This document shows positions 13,960-28,933 of a DNA stretch of 64,000 nucleotides, piece after piece. The notes under the pieces were generated by a model, which ran no database searches, was not told the origin of the DNA, and saw only the letters and a program-made list of their open reading frames with translations. Origin of the DNA: Eledone cirrhosa (Eukaryota); assembly GCA_964016885.1 (NCBI GenBank), contig OZ024749.1:40238001-40302000 (forward strand), read 5' to 3'. The position numbers and the translations under genes are program-made. Every line of letters starts with the position of its first letter. Positions within the stretch are counted from its first letter, which is position 1.

Positions 13960-14400
13960 TATATATATAGAGAGATAGATAGATAGAGATAGAGAGAGAG
14001 AGATATATATATACAAATACATATATGATGTGTGTGCGCGTGTAAAATAAGCGTATATGGCTTCTCCTTTAACAACTTTAACATGCTTGAGTAGTTCGCC
14101 ATTAAAAACAGCGGATTATCCAACTGTAAGTTAGATGAAATTTATGCATCTGTCTCAGCATCCTCTAATATCTGGCAACATATATCTCTTGCACCTGATT
14201 GCCCCAGGGTCTGTAATTTAGGGAGGAGAAAGCGGGAAATTAGGGGCTGCAGAAATATGGATATAACGAACGTTAATGGAAATGTGTGTGCTGGGGCTCC
14301 GTCGGTTCCGACGACGAGTGCTATAGTTTTACGCTTAACAGAACGGCTTGCTTGTGAAATTTTATAAGAAAATATATAAGAACCCTAGAGCAATAAATAA

Positions 14401-14600
<200 letters not shown>

Positions 14601-14899
14601 ATGTGTGTATATATATATATAAATATATATTTATATATATATATATATAAACGTATATATGTATGTATGTACATATGCATGTATGTATATGTATGTATAT
14701 GTATGTATATATGAATAAAAGTACGTAGCAGATATATGCAATATTAACTGACAATTACATATTCTGATTGGTTCCCCTGATTAATTTCTCCCAATCTCTT
14801 AAGTTAAAGTCATTGCTAGGCAACCCAACAGCCATCGGTGATCATTACCGATTATGTCAGTATTTCTCCATCAGTTACTGCTGCACATTACTTAATCGA

Positions 14900-14949
<50 letters not shown>

Positions 14950-15019
14950 CACACATACTTCGATTATATATATATATATATATAAATGAATTCCGTCGGA
15001 AAAGTCCAGGAAAAAAGAG

Positions 15020-15050
<31 letters not shown>

Positions 15051-15286
15051 TAGCGAGAATCGCATTTCGGCTAGTGGAAATTAGCGAAAAACAACTTCCG
15101 AATTGTGTGGCAAGCGCTCGATAGATACGAGTGTACTAGAGCAATAAACATACGTTAAAAGGGGCATATACACTGAGACGATGGTTAAACCATTAATCGC
15201 AAAGCCAAAAAAGCGAGCAAGCTATTCTATATATATAAACACATATCCATACATCCTTATGTGTATATATATATAATATATAAAAA

Positions 15287-15460
15287 GGATCGATCGACTT
15301 TCGTCAAATCGGACCGAGGAAACAATGTTTCCGTCGGTCTTCCTAGTTGCTAATACTATTTATCGGTCGCAACTCCAGGTAGAAGGAGCAACGTGAAATA
15401 AAGTGTCTTGCTCAAGGACATAACGCATCGCCCGGTCCAGGAACCGAACTCACAACCTCA
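15287..15460 (-). mobile_element. SINE family 2 (5'-truncated)
   Basis: Reverse complement of 1855-2022. Confidence 0.8.
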
Positions 15461-15502
15461 ACATCTTACTTCTTCCTATATATATATATATATATATGAT
15501 GA

Positions 15503-16075
15503 TGATGAAATACCAATGAAGGTTGGAAGATCACTGATGAAGGACTAAATTTATTCATATGTAACCCATTTGCAACCACGCAGCACGCCATGTTTTCATA
15601 TTCATATATAATTTCCTCCGCTGTGACCCGTCTATTTCTTTCTTACTGCTTCCCCTTTTCTCTGTATCTCTCACTTTCTTTTACCGCCTCTAACAGTCAC
15701 TCTCTCTGTTAGCCTCTTCCTCACACTTTCACTCACTCACTCTCTGCTACTCCCTCTCCTACTTCCTCCCGTTTGACCTGTGCGAGATTCTTTCCTCACG
15801 CACGCTTTGACCAGGTCGGATGATCTTCATTCTCTCTCGTCTACGATTTCACAGAACTTATGTTCATCGATTTCAGGGACTTGACTCCTTCTTCCTCACC
15901 TTTCGTTGCATTACCATCTTTGATTGTTTACTGTCTCGCTCGTTCCTCCTATTTACGTGTCCCAACGACTTTCTTTAGCCGTTGCTCGCACCAACCGGAG
16001 GTATATGGTCTTTAAAGCGATGAAATACCAATGAAGGTTGGAAGATCACTGATGAAGGAATAAATGTATTCATAT
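15503..16075 (+). mobile_element. TA-embedded element with ~57-bp direct terminal repeats containing CTGATGA plus stem II (pLTR/retrozyme-like)
   Basis: GATGAAATACCAATGAAGGTTGGAAGATCACTGATGAAGGA..TAAAT.TATTCATAT at ~15504 and ~16019. Pyrimidine-rich interior. Confidence 0.55.
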
Positions 16076-16120
16076 ATATATATAAATGAAAAGTGTAGAA
16101 ATTATTGCAGCAAGAAGCCA

Positions 16121-16187
<67 letters not shown>

Positions 16188-16197
16188 TATATATGTA

Positions 16198-16309
<112 letters not shown>

Positions 16310-16758
16310 GTAATAACTGTAAAATGGCCGACTTCAGTAACTAAAAGACGTGGATGTCACGTGTCATAGTGAGACTATTCTCATCTGGTATTCCTGGTAT
16401 CATGTAGTTTTATGGGGATCTTAGACAAGTGTTGCTGTTGCTGTTGTTGTTGGTGTTCTTGTTTTTGTTATTGTTGTTGTTGTTATTGTTGTTGTTGCTA
16501 TTTTTTGTTTTTGTTTTTGTTATTATTGTAGTAGTTGCTGATGAAGTTGTTAATGTTGTAGTTGTTTTTGTTTTTTTTTGTTGTATGCCAATGTAATCTT
16601 TGCTGTTGTTGTTGTTGCAGTGATTATTGTTGTTGCTGCTGCTATTGTTGTTGTTATTGTTATTGCTATTGATGCTGTTATTATCGATGGTGTTGTTGTT
16701 GCTACTGTTGTTGCTATAGTTAAAGATATTTTTTTCTCGAGGCAGTTGCTGTGGTTGA

Positions 16759-16803
<45 letters not shown>

Positions 16804-17604
16804 CATAGGTCAAATCTTGAATGAGAAAACGTATGACCAATGCCACTCCAGAAATGACCATCCAGTATATTTAGTGGCATCTAAGACCAGATTATCTTAT
16901 GAATCCTTTATTCTACATCGGTAGGAGACGTGATTGGCGAGGTGGTTGTGCCGGTGGCTGCGGTGATGATGGTGGTGGTGGTGGTGGCGGTGGTGGTGGT
17001 GGTGGTGGTGGTGGTGGTGGTGGTGGTGGTGGTGGTGGTGACGGCGATGGTGGTGGTGGTGGTGGTGATGGTGGTGGTGGTGGTTGTGATGGTGACGGTG
17101 GGTGTTGGTGGTGATGATGGTGGTGGTGGTGGTGGTAGTGACGGCGATGGTGGTAGTGACGGCGGCTGTGGTGGCGGCGGCGGCGGTGGGTGATGATGGT
17201 AGTGGTGATAATGGTGGTGGTGATAATGGTGGTGGTGGTGGTGGTGGTGGTGGTGGTGGTGGTGGTGGTGGTGACGGCGGTGGGTGGTGATGATTGTGGT
17301 GATGGTAGCTGTGGTGGCGGCGGCGGCGGTGGGTGGTAACGGCGATGGTGGTGGTGGTGGAGGGGAGGTGAAGGGGAGGGGGAGGGGATACATCACAAGC
17401 AGCAGAGGTAACAATGACTTCAAGAACTGCAGCAGCAACAATAACAGTCGTAGTGTTGGGTCATGGATTTATTTGTAATTATTGATTATGTCTGCTGAAA
17501 CTGCTGCTGCTACTGCTACTGCTACTGCTGCTGCTGCTACTGCTGCTGCTACTGCTGTTGCCGCCGCTACTGCTGCTGCTGGTGTTGCTGCTGCTGCTAC
17601 TTAC

Positions 17605-17684
17605 ATCATGTCTTTCTTTTCACCATGGAGACCGAGTTTCCAGCTTCCAGTCAAGCTGATAACACACTCGTACATATAACCATC
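17605..17684 (-). other. Candidate 80-nt exon of an unidentified gene or pseudogene
   Basis: ttttag|GAT...GAT|gtaagt. One open frame: DGYMYECVISLTGSWKLGLHGEKKDM. Confidence 0.35.
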
Positions 17685-17734
17685 CTAAAAACTATCGTCT
17701 TCTACTTCATGTGACCCCCCCCCCCCTCTTCTCC

Positions 17735-17768
<34 letters not shown>

Positions 17769-17793
17769 GTCTCTCTCTCTCTCTTTTACCCCA

Positions 17794-17863
<70 letters not shown>

Positions 17864-17937
17864 CTTTATCTCTTACTGGTTATCTCTTTTTGTAATTCCT
17901 TCACCTGTTGCGACTCTTCCTCTCTCTCTTTTACCCC

Positions 17938-18026
<89 letters not shown>

Positions 18027-18028
18027 CT

Positions 18029-18092
<64 letters not shown>

Positions 18093-18475
18093 ACTCTTTA
18101 TCTCTTACTGGTTACCTCTTTTTGTCATTCCTTCACCTGTCGCGACTCTTCCTCTCTCTCTCTCTCTCACTTTCTTTCTCTCTATATACACACACACACA
18201 CACACTCACATATATATATATATGTAAGTGTATATATATATATGTGTGTATGTATCTATGTAATGTATGTATGAGTTAGCTACTTAACTAGGTATGTGTA
18301 TGTGCATATTCAGGTGTATGTGTGTATGAGTGTATACATAATGGCGCTTCATGGTGAATACGTATGTGTGGCTGTGTGTGTGCCAATGCCAATCAGACAG
18401 AAGACATATATGTGTCTGTGTGCGGTGTGTAAGGAATGATTAAATGCATGTGTGTGAGTATTTGATGGTTTCAGT

Positions 18476-19078
18476 ATGAGTGGGTGGGTGTGTGGGTGTG
18501 GGGAGGGGAGTGGGTGTGAGTGTGCATGTGCGTGGATGAGTAGTATGAGTGTGCATGTTTGTGTGTGAGTAGGTGGGTGTACATGTGTGTGTGTGAGTGG
18601 GTGCGAGTGTGCATGTGTGTGTATGAGTGGGTGTGAGTGTGCATGTGTGTGTGTGAGTGGGTGGGTGTACATGTGTGTGTATGAGTGGGTGTGAGTGTGC
18701 ATGTGTGTGAGTGGGTGTGAGTGTGCATGTGTGTGTATGTGTGGGTGTGAGTGTGCATGTGTGTGTGTGAGTGGGTGGGTGTACATGTGTGTGTGTGAGT
18801 GGTTGTGAGTGTGCATGTGTGTGTATGAGTGGGTGTGAGTGTGCATGTGTGTGTATGAGTGGGTGTGAGTGTGCATGTGTGTGAGTGGGTGTGAGTGTGC
18901 AATTGTGTGTATGTGTGGGTGTGAGTGTGCATCTGTGTGTGTGAGTGGGTGGGTGTACATGTGTGTGTGTGAGTGGTTGTGAGTGTGCATGTGTGTGTAT
19001 GAGTGGGTGTAAGTGTGCATGTGTGTGTATGAGTGGGTGGGTGTACATGTGTGGGTGTGAGTGTGCATGTGTGTGTAT
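18476..19078. repeat. ~26-30-bp GT-rich minisatellite
   Basis: Recurrent TGAGTGGGTGTGAGTGTGCATGTGTGTG. Confidence 0.9.
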
Positions 19079-19417
19079 GTATAAAAGAGGGCAAAGAAGG
19101 GTCTTACAATATGATGTACTTACGGAGCTGTGCGAGACATGAGTGGTGGGTCAACGTACAGTTCCTCCAGTTGCTGTTGCCATTGGACAACCCTATGTCA
19201 TTCACCATCCATCAACCCAATCATCAAAAGCTTTACATCCATGACCATCCTGTCTTCTTAGGGATATCTGGAATTTCTTAACGGTTTCTAACATAAACAC
19301 AAAGGCAGCAATTTCTGACGAAGAGAATAACTGTCATATCGACACCAGTATTTGACTGGTATTTTAGTTTATCGACCCGGAAGGGGAACGGTGAAACACA
19401 CACACATACACACACAC

Positions 19418-19462
<45 letters not shown>

Positions 19463-19480
19463 TGTGTATGGATGTGTATA

Positions 19481-19603
<123 letters not shown>

Positions 19604-20061
19604 CCACGTGTCTGTGGCGAAATTTAAAGCTACAACATACCCGCTCAGGCTAAGAACGAAAGTCTTGCTGAAGAAGGAAATCCTATGTTCTGTCGTCAAA
19701 AATCATTATATTGCAGACTCCTGCAATCGGAATTTGTCGATCTTGGATTTGCAGAATCTTAGCGGTGATGCTGCGTGCTGTATGTGATGTATATTGTGTG
19801 ATATACGATGTAAGTTATATATTTTGCACTCAACCTCACCGCTATGTCCGGGTCAGTATAAAATCTTTTCCTGGGTCCTGCATTTTCGTTGCTCTAGTGA
19901 TGTGGCTGGACTTCCGACCGCTATATCTGATTTGCTAAGCTGTCTGAACGTAATGTTATTACTCTGGCGTTCTTCCTCATCCGAGTGCTAAAGCTACAGA
20001 CCGATTATGCATTCGTTAGCTTGGCCGTGTTCTAAAGCTTCGTTAAGGCTGTACTAAAATG

Positions 20062-20154
<93 letters not shown>

Positions 20155-20156
<2 letters not shown>

Positions 20157-20335
20157 CGAAGGAAATGTGGTAAGGAACCAGGTGGACCATAACGCACCAA
20201 AGTACTCAATACTTGGGGTAGTAGAGTGGGTAATAGGAACCAGTAAGACCCCGACGGCTGAGCTCAAGCCGTTTCGACGGCTAATTCGCCGTCGAAACGG
20301 CTTGAGCTCAGCCGTCGGGGTCTTACTGGTTCCTA
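20155..20335 (-). mobile_element. Family A fold-back element
   Basis: Tail at left, palindrome centred near 20284, TA runs on both sides. Confidence 0.78.
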
Positions 20336-20415
20336 TATATAAATATATATATAAACATATATATATAGAGAGAAAATAGAAAAAACGTGGATGTATATAT
20401 GCATATATATGTGTG

Positions 20416-20466
<51 letters not shown>

Positions 20467-20523
20467 GAGGTTTCTTTTACAAAGTGAAAAAAAAACGAGA
20501 TATCCTACACGAGTGAAACTATA

Positions 20524-20752
20524 AGAAAAAAAGATGAAATCGAAAATGCAACTGGTGTCTTTTTAAGAATATTTATTTGGTTCCTTTACGGGTTTTGCAG
20601 TTCTTGAAAGTAGAATTGAGATGGAGGGTTTGTGGTTTTTCTCGCATCTCAATTCTACTTTTGAAAAGCACAAGAACAGCAAAACCGGTAAAGGAACCAA
20701 ATAAATATTCTTAAAAAGACTCCAGTTGCATTTTCGATTTCATCTTTTTTTA
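20524..20752. repeat. Long imperfect palindrome (~100-bp arms)
   Basis: AAAAAAAGATGAAATCGAAAATGCAACTGG...GAGATG versus CATCTC...CCAGTTGCATTTTCGATTTCATCTTTTTTT. Confidence 0.85.
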
Positions 20753-20810
20753 TCACGTGAATTTTGAAGCTGAGTTTATGAATCCTACCATACATACAGA
20801 GGTACACACG

Positions 20811-20931
<121 letters not shown>

Positions 20932-21037
20932 ATCTGTGTAAATAAAATTATTCACATTTTGATATACAACATCCACAACACAATTATAACACTTCAGCTA
21001 AATGGTTTTGAATGAGACAACAACAACAACAACTAAA

Positions 21038-21083
<46 letters not shown>

Positions 21084-21430
21084 TAGCAACAAAACAATGG
21101 CAGTAACAACAACAACAATAACAACATAAAAAGTCAAGAAATACGACGAGAAATCAATGCAATCCAAAGAAGGAACACTTCTACATATTAAACAATCTAT
21201 ATATCTGAATGTGTGTATATATGTGTGTGTATATATGTGTGTATATATGTATGGATTTATATATATATGTGTGTGGTTTATGGATGTGTGTATATATATA
21301 TGTATATGTGTGTGTGTGTGTGTGCATATATCGATGTGTATATATAAGTGTGTGTATGGATGTGTATGTATATATATATGTGTGTGTGTATGTATATATG
21401 GATGTGTATATATATGTGTGTGTATGGATG

Positions 21431-21486
<56 letters not shown>

Positions 21487-21618
21487 TGTGTGTCTGTGTG
21501 TCTGTGTATGAATGTGTGTGTAAATATATATATATATATATATGTATGCATGTGTGTATGCAAGCATGCAGTATACATTTATGTATGTATGTATGTCGAC
21601 ATTTATGTAATTTTAAGA

Positions 21619-21706
<88 letters not shown>

Positions 21707-22643
21707 GTATATATATGTCAGAGAGTGGGATTGGCTCAGTGCACAGTCTTTCCTCACTTTAAAAAATATCTTCACGCACAGGCATTGCACGATAGAATTA
21801 ATTAATAATTATTAATAATGGTATATCGTGCAATGAAGAAGCAGCCATCATCATCATGTATATATGTATATATACATATATATATATATGTGGGTGTGTG
21901 TGTGTGTGTGTAGGTATGTATGTATGTTTTCTATATTCTTCATCGTATTATATAGATTTCTGTATTCCTTTCTTTACAATCTGAACTTCCTTTCTACGTC
22001 AGTCAAAACTGAATGTTTTTTGTATACTAAAAACAGAATCTTCCATTAATAAAAAAAAATGTACATCACATGTACGTACTTTCATACGTACATATATATA
22101 TATATACATATATACATACATATATACATACATATATACATACATATATACGTGCATATATTCATACATACATACATATATTCATACATACATACATGCA
22201 TACATACATACATACATACATACATACATGCATACATGCATACATACATACATGCATACATACATACATACATGCATGCATGCATGCATACATACATACA
22301 TACATACATACATACATGCATACATACGTACATACATACATGCATACATACATACATACATGCATACATACATACATACATTAATGCATACATACACACA
22401 CATACATGCATATATACATATATACATACACACATACAAGCATATATACATTCACACGTACATACACACACACATACATACATACATACATACATACACA
22501 CACATACATGCATACATACATACATATATGCATACACACATACAAACATATGTACATTCATACGTACATACACACATACATACATACATACATACATACA
22601 TACATACATACATACATACATACATACATACATACATACATAC

Positions 22644-23263
22644 ATGGTGGTGGCTGCCAACTCGTTTTCGAGTACGGCCACTACTTTATATCCATGTAGT
22701 AGAACTCCTACCGATGCGCTGAACGAGTGTGACTTTTTAGTCCAGCCAGCGACTTGAAAACTCTGGTACAAACAGTACACTTGTGACAATTATTGACACA
22801 TAGTGCTGGGCCCATGGTACCATGTGATGACAAGTGCAGAGAGATCTCCAGATATAAAGCAATGCCTGTGCCGTGAAGCTTTTATAGTGAGCAAAGGCAC
22901 TGCACAAAACCAGTCCCACTCTATTAACCAAGATGATATTTACCAAAAAGAAGAACAAGTCAACATCATTGGATACCATCAGAGTTGCAGGTGTTATATC
23001 AGAGTTTTCCTTCTCCTAGAATTCTGCCTTGACAAAGGCTAAGGGGTCATCTCTCACGGTGATTTTGGATAGCCATTGACTCTTAAGAGCTGCTTTGACA
23101 GGTTTTGTTTTTAGTCCTGCAGGATGTCCAAAGTCACCCTCCTCACCAAGAAACCTTGGTGGGGTTGCCAGTTTAGTCGCCAACGACCCGACCATGAGAC
23201 AGGTTGTACTGGGATACATGTTACCAGTAGCACCAACTGGTGACCTGACCTGACCTGACCTGA
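22644..23263 (-). mobile_element. Non-autonomous RTE-derived element, subfamily 2 (full length)
   Basis: RTE-like 5' UTR (..CTAGGAGAAGGAAAACTCTG..) joined to an RTE 3' end. (ATGT)n on both sides. Confidence 0.78.
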
Positions 23264-23477
23264 CATACATACATACATACATACATACATACATACATAC
23301 ATACATACATACATACATACATACATACATAGAGAGAGAGAGTTCTGGTTCTGTCGTTTCTATAATACAAAATAAATAAATATATATATATATATATATA
23401 TATATGGGGCGGTGCTACTAATGTTGCTGGGTCTGTAGAGAAATATATTGGTAGAAAAATGATATAGACAGACAACC

Positions 23478-23520
<43 letters not shown>

Positions 23521-23533
23521 TAGATAGATAGAG

Positions 23534-23566
<33 letters not shown>

Positions 23567-23567
23567 T

Positions 23568-24633
23568 GTTTCTTTATTAGCCACAGGGGCACAAAAGAAG
23601 GGGACAAATACAAAGGGGGAAGTTTACATACAATAAAAACGTGTAAAATGTTATCACAAATGCAATTTAAAAATTAGTCGATTTTCCCCAATAGGGGAAG
23701 ACAGTTTATATGGGTAACACATACCCCCGAAAAAATGTGAAACCCTCATCTCCAGGAGTACGAAGAGTTTGTACTCCCTTCCTATCCTCCTCCTTTTCCT
23801 CAACCTATAGGCTGATATAGAGAGAAGGCCCATTCACTCGGGCCATTCTCGCCACTTTCACCCACCTTTCATAAAACTTGCTGGGGTACAGCACCTCTCT
23901 CTCCATCCTGATTCTTCATCCAAAGTGGTATTTGAAAAAAAGAATCAGTTGTTGGCCTGAGAGAAAGATGTCTGACCTCAGCCCTTTCAACCTTGTCCAC
24001 CATACAACCTCTTTCGCCATAGCTATCACACAAAGGAAAACCGCCTCTCCTTCGTTTTTGAAGGAGGGTGGCGGTTTGATCATGACAATGGACTCGGTGG
24101 TCAACTGGATTGGTCCCACCCGCGACAATAGTCGTTCTACATAGCCCCACAGGTCAGTGACGCCCGGGCAGTGTATGAATGCGTGCGCGACGGTTTCTTC
24201 GTCTCGCACGCACCTCGGACAGATCTTTTTTGCAGGGTCCCTGCCCAGGCGCCCATGTCTGTAGAGCTTGTCTCGAACTGGTAGAGCTCCTCGGTAGCAC
24301 TGCCAGGCCAGGGACTTTTAGAAGTTGTCCATCGGTCCCGGGCGGAAGGTCCTACCGAACAGACTGGCCAGTTCATCTTCCTCTACGCCTAGAGTTTCAC
24401 CGAGCGCGTCGTCGCACTTGCTGCGGACCAACCCTCTATAGAATGACGAAGTGGAGTCTCCACTGACCGCCGGGTCCGCCTGCCAGAGGGCTGTGAGCGC
24501 CTGAGCACATTCGATGTGCCAGTCGCCCATTTTCCTCGGTCTTTGCTTGACCCAGGACTGCAGCTCGGTCAGCGAGACGAGTCGTGGGAAGGCTCGCCTC
24601 ACGAACGGGGCCCACACCGGTTGTCCGGTGAGA
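23568..24633 (-). mobile_element. 5'-truncated Tx1/L1-clade LINE 3' end
   Basis: Peptide CPRCVRDEETVAHAFIHCP is the CCHC zf-RVT motif. AATAAA lies at the 3' end (23571-23576, minus strand). (GATA)n on both sides. Confidence 0.75.
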
Positions 24634-24634
24634 T

Positions 24635-24700
<66 letters not shown>

Positions 24701-24724
24701 CGGTCAGAAAAATAGAGAGAATAT

Positions 24725-25110
24725 CGACTTTATGAGGAAGGCTTAACAAGATCACTCTATAATTTGAACCATCTCTCTTATATCTCGTTTTGAAAATTGG
24801 GATTATCACTCCTGATTGCCATTACTTAGGTGTCTTTCCAGAGATCCGGGCTACCCGGTACATACGAGTCAATCATAGAAATCCTTCTCTATTTCAGGCT
24901 TTTAACATCTCGAACCGAATTTATCCCTCCTTAATGGCCTTGCCACATCTGAACTCTTTAATTGCTCTTGAGATCTCAGCCTCAGCGAGGTTCGTCATGG
25001 CTCCTAGATCCAGGTTGTGTACATCAGAAGATGCTGTTGTGACCTAGTTTAGGAGAGCAATAAAGTATTCTTTCCACCTCTCGAACATGTGCCTCTCTAA
25101 AAAGAGGGAG
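24725..25110 (-). pseudogene. LINE (RTE-like) fragment N-terminal to RT
   Basis: IIPIFK..KRDGSNYRVILLS motif. Confidence 0.65.
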
Positions 25111-25134
25111 AACCCCCGGGTGCGTTCCTGATAG

Positions 25135-25370
25135 AAAGCGTGGAGGAAGATGTCTTACTACGGTTAGAATATCTCAGGGGAAAATCGCTGGACAGATTTT
25201 ACGGGCAAAAACCAACCAGCTGGAGACCCAGGGGTAGACACCGACCAAGATGGTTGGATAACATCCTTGAGCTCGGCTTGTCTCGCTTTAGGATCCAGCC
25301 GGGTCAGTTGGAAACGGTTTCTTCTGACAAAACCCGCTGGAAATAGTATTTGTTGACTCTGTCATAAACA
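25135..25370 (+). pseudogene. RTE LINE 3' fragment
   Basis: RPRGRHRPRWLDNI...DKTRWK motif. Confidence 0.65.
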
Positions 25371-25404
25371 CATATGTACATATATGCATACATACATGTG
25401 TGTG

Positions 25405-25474
<70 letters not shown>

Positions 25475-25591
25475 TGCGTGCGTGTGTGTGTGTGTGTGTG
25501 TGTGTGCGTGCGTGCGTGTGTGTGTGTGTGTGCGTGCGTGTGCGTGTGCGTGTGTGTGCGTGCGTGCGTGCGTGCGTGCGTTCGTGCGTGC

Positions 25592-25686
<95 letters not shown>

Positions 25687-25690
25687 TGTG

Positions 25691-25821
<131 letters not shown>

Positions 25822-26209
25822 CTGTTGCTGAATGAATGTGTTAATATGTTTGTGTGGGTGATTGAATGATACTGAATAAGAGAAAGAATTTGTCGAAATA
25901 TGTGGGTGTGACTTTATGTGTATGTACGTATGTGTCTATGTGTATGTATGTGTCTGTCTCTATATAGTACGTATGTATGTGTTGTCTATGTGTATGTATG
26001 TGTCTGAGTGCCTATGTCTATATATGTACGTGTGTATGTGTCTATGTGCACGTATGTATGTGTCTATGTGTATATATGTGTCTGTGTTTGTGTCCATGTA
26101 TGTGTCTTTATATGCATGCACGTATGAATATATGTGTTTATGTATGTATGTGTCTATATTTGAGTATATATGTGTATTTAATTACAATATATATATGTGT
26201 GTGTGTGTG

Positions 26210-26242
<33 letters not shown>

Positions 26243-26572
26243 TGTGTGTGTGTGTGATGGTGCAGGAAGTAAATGTGTGATCGTCACCATGACAACCTGC
26301 ATCATTGTTCTCTTCACCTGTCTATAAGGTTCTGTCTTCTCTACTTGTACTTTATCATAGTACATCTGTACTACAGACATATGGTGGTGGTGTTGGTGGT
26401 GGCGGTGGTGGTGTGGTGGGAGGGTGGTATGGTGGGGTGGAGGTGGTGGTAGTATGTGTAGGAGAGGGGCAGGGGTACTAATGCTGCCGGGTCTGGGGGA
26501 AAATATACTAGGAGAAAAATTATCTAGACAGACAGACAGACATACAGAAGAGAGACATACAGACAGAGAGAC

Positions 26573-26670
<98 letters not shown>

Positions 26671-26975
26671 GCAGACAGACAGGCAGACATAGACATAAAT
26701 AGATACATAGATAAACTGACAGAAATATAGAGAGCTAAATACATACATATATAGAAAGAGAGAGAGAGATTGACAGATATATATATATACATATATAGAA
26801 AGAGAGAGAGAGAGATAAGCAATCAGAGCGAATGAGAGACAGAGAGAGCAAAATGGTAGTTAATTCGTTCCACAATTTATACACATAGTTATATAGTAAG
26901 CTTCTAATAAATTATATATTAAATTACATATCATATATCTGCTTTTACATACGCATTCATATATATATATATATG

Positions 26976-27051
<76 letters not shown>

Positions 27052-27137
27052 ATGTCAAAATGTCAAAAAAATATAAATTATATTTCTTTTCTTAATCCGT
27101 AGCAGATTATTTTATTATTTTCTCAATATACATATTA

Positions 27138-27181
<44 letters not shown>

Positions 27182-27368
27182 ATAATAATAAATTTGAAGA
27201 CTAAAATCCAAAGAGGGCTCGATAATGATAAATATCTGTTATTTTAATAAATATATATTTATATATATATATAGTCAGACTCTGTTGAGTAATGGTCTAA
27301 CTATTTTTAAACTGGTTCTATTCGGATACACACACACACACACACACACACTCACACACACACACATG

Positions 27369-27408
<40 letters not shown>

Positions 27409-27429
27409 ATATGTTATATATGTTACATG

Positions 27430-27645
27430 TTCGCATCGTCGGCGACTAAACTGGTGAGGAGGTGATTCTTAGACATGCACACCCAACCCCGGGATGAAAA
27501 ACAAAACCCGTGAAAGGGGGGATGAACTCACGGGAGTCAACGGCCATTCAATAGAGTGTAAATAAAGTATGGGTCGACAGAGCTCATTAACCTCAGTTGT
27601 TAGTCTGTCTAGGAGAGGGATCACTCTGTTTCTAAACCGGAATAG
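27430..27645 (+). mobile_element. RTE 5' UTR-like fragment (third variant)
   Basis: GTCGGCGACTAAACTGG...GTCTAGGAGAGGGATCACTCTG..AAACC. Confidence 0.5.
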
Positions 27646-27669
27646 ATGAGGCTCTTTTAATATATGCTT

Positions 27670-28200
27670 CTGAGTGCTACTGGTAGCATGTAACCCAATA
27701 CAACCTGTCGCATGGTCGGGTCGTCGGCGACTAAACCGGCAACCCCACCAAGTTTACTTGGTGAGGAGGGTGATTTTGGACACCCTGCAGGACAAAAAAC
27801 AAAACCTGACAAAGGGCGGAAGAGTGAATGACCATCTAAAAAAAAAAAATCCTGCCAAATCAATGGTGGCAGCAGTTCCAACTGCATCGAAAGACTGGTG
27901 TAGTGGTTCTGAGAACAATGCGGCTTTGCAGATGATCAATGCAAATTGACAATGGAAAGGCGCTCCTGCTCGAGTTAGAAGAGAACTATTGATCTTCAGG
28001 AGAAGCAGCGACCCCTGATTATATTCAGCAACCGAAACAAATATGAAGTACACCAAATCCAATGCTCCTAGGGGCGGCCCTAGTTCTTCTTGTCCTATAA
28101 CATTGATAACATCAAGGAACTGAAAAATGTGATGCTCGACCAGGATGATTGGAGAAAGCGTGCTGAATCTTTGCGAGTGTAAACTCGGCCGAAGAAGAAG
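27670..28200 (+). mobile_element. Non-autonomous RTE-derived element, subfamily 1
   Basis: Shared head. 3' end encodes ELKNVMLDQDDWRKR (RTE terminus). (GAA)n tail. Confidence 0.75.
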
Positions 28201-28933
28201 TTATTTGTTTTCATACATCTAACACCGCGGAGCATTCCCCTTGTCAGCTGTCCGCTGTATATCATCACCATTTTGACACTTTCTGTCGGTATCACACCCT
28301 CCTGCGGTACGAAATATCATAAATACTATTGGGAAATGTCTCACCTCTTTTGACCTATGTTGGTTTTGCTTTTTGTCCTTGTTATCAATGCAGCTTACTA
28401 CGCACCAGCGGCTGCAGCTGTAACTACTTCATTCATGTTTCTGTATTTTGTTTTACTAATCACTGATAACTTTCTCTTTCTCTCGCATGCCTCGACCACA
28501 TCTACGATGAAATATCTAATTCATTCACCAGTTTACTAATAACTAGTCATCTATGTAGGACATTGTATATTTAGCGGCAAATTCACAATGTTCTACTTTT
28601 GTTGGAAACACCGTCTACTGCCATTCTTATCTTCACACCACTCACCACTGAATGTCATCACATAACCTTGGTGAAGCGAGAGCAAATATATGAGACAAGT
28701 TGAAAATTATGTATTCTAAAAGATGTGTAATCTCTTATAGAATCTATTCCAGTCTTAATTTATTTTGTATGTTCAACCATTTTAAGACGGTAAAGTAGTT
28801 TTTGAGGAAAATTTTACTGAAATTTCTTCCAGGTCGATCGACCAAGTAGAGATGCCTTTATACTGTGAGGTTTATTCTCTAGTTTCAGTAAAAGAATCAA
28901 ACAGATTAAGTCGTATTGTTAATCAGATTATAG

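Noticed and set aside
15048-15230. Possible degenerate minus-strand hammerhead (CGGAAGT...GAAA TGCGATTCTCGC TA)
   Set aside because: Two core mismatches and a poor stem II register; too weak to call.
16019-16062. Type II hammerhead (GAAA upstream of CTGATGA)
   Set aside because: No stem III-UH-stem I can be formed between the two boxes, here or in the homologue at 2117-2155.
23160-23250. HDV-like or twister ribozyme in the RTE-derived head
   Set aside because: CCAGT/ACTGG plus CTAA suggests P2 and J4/2, but P1 and P3 cannot be built and subfamily 1 (ACCGG) breaks the pairing.
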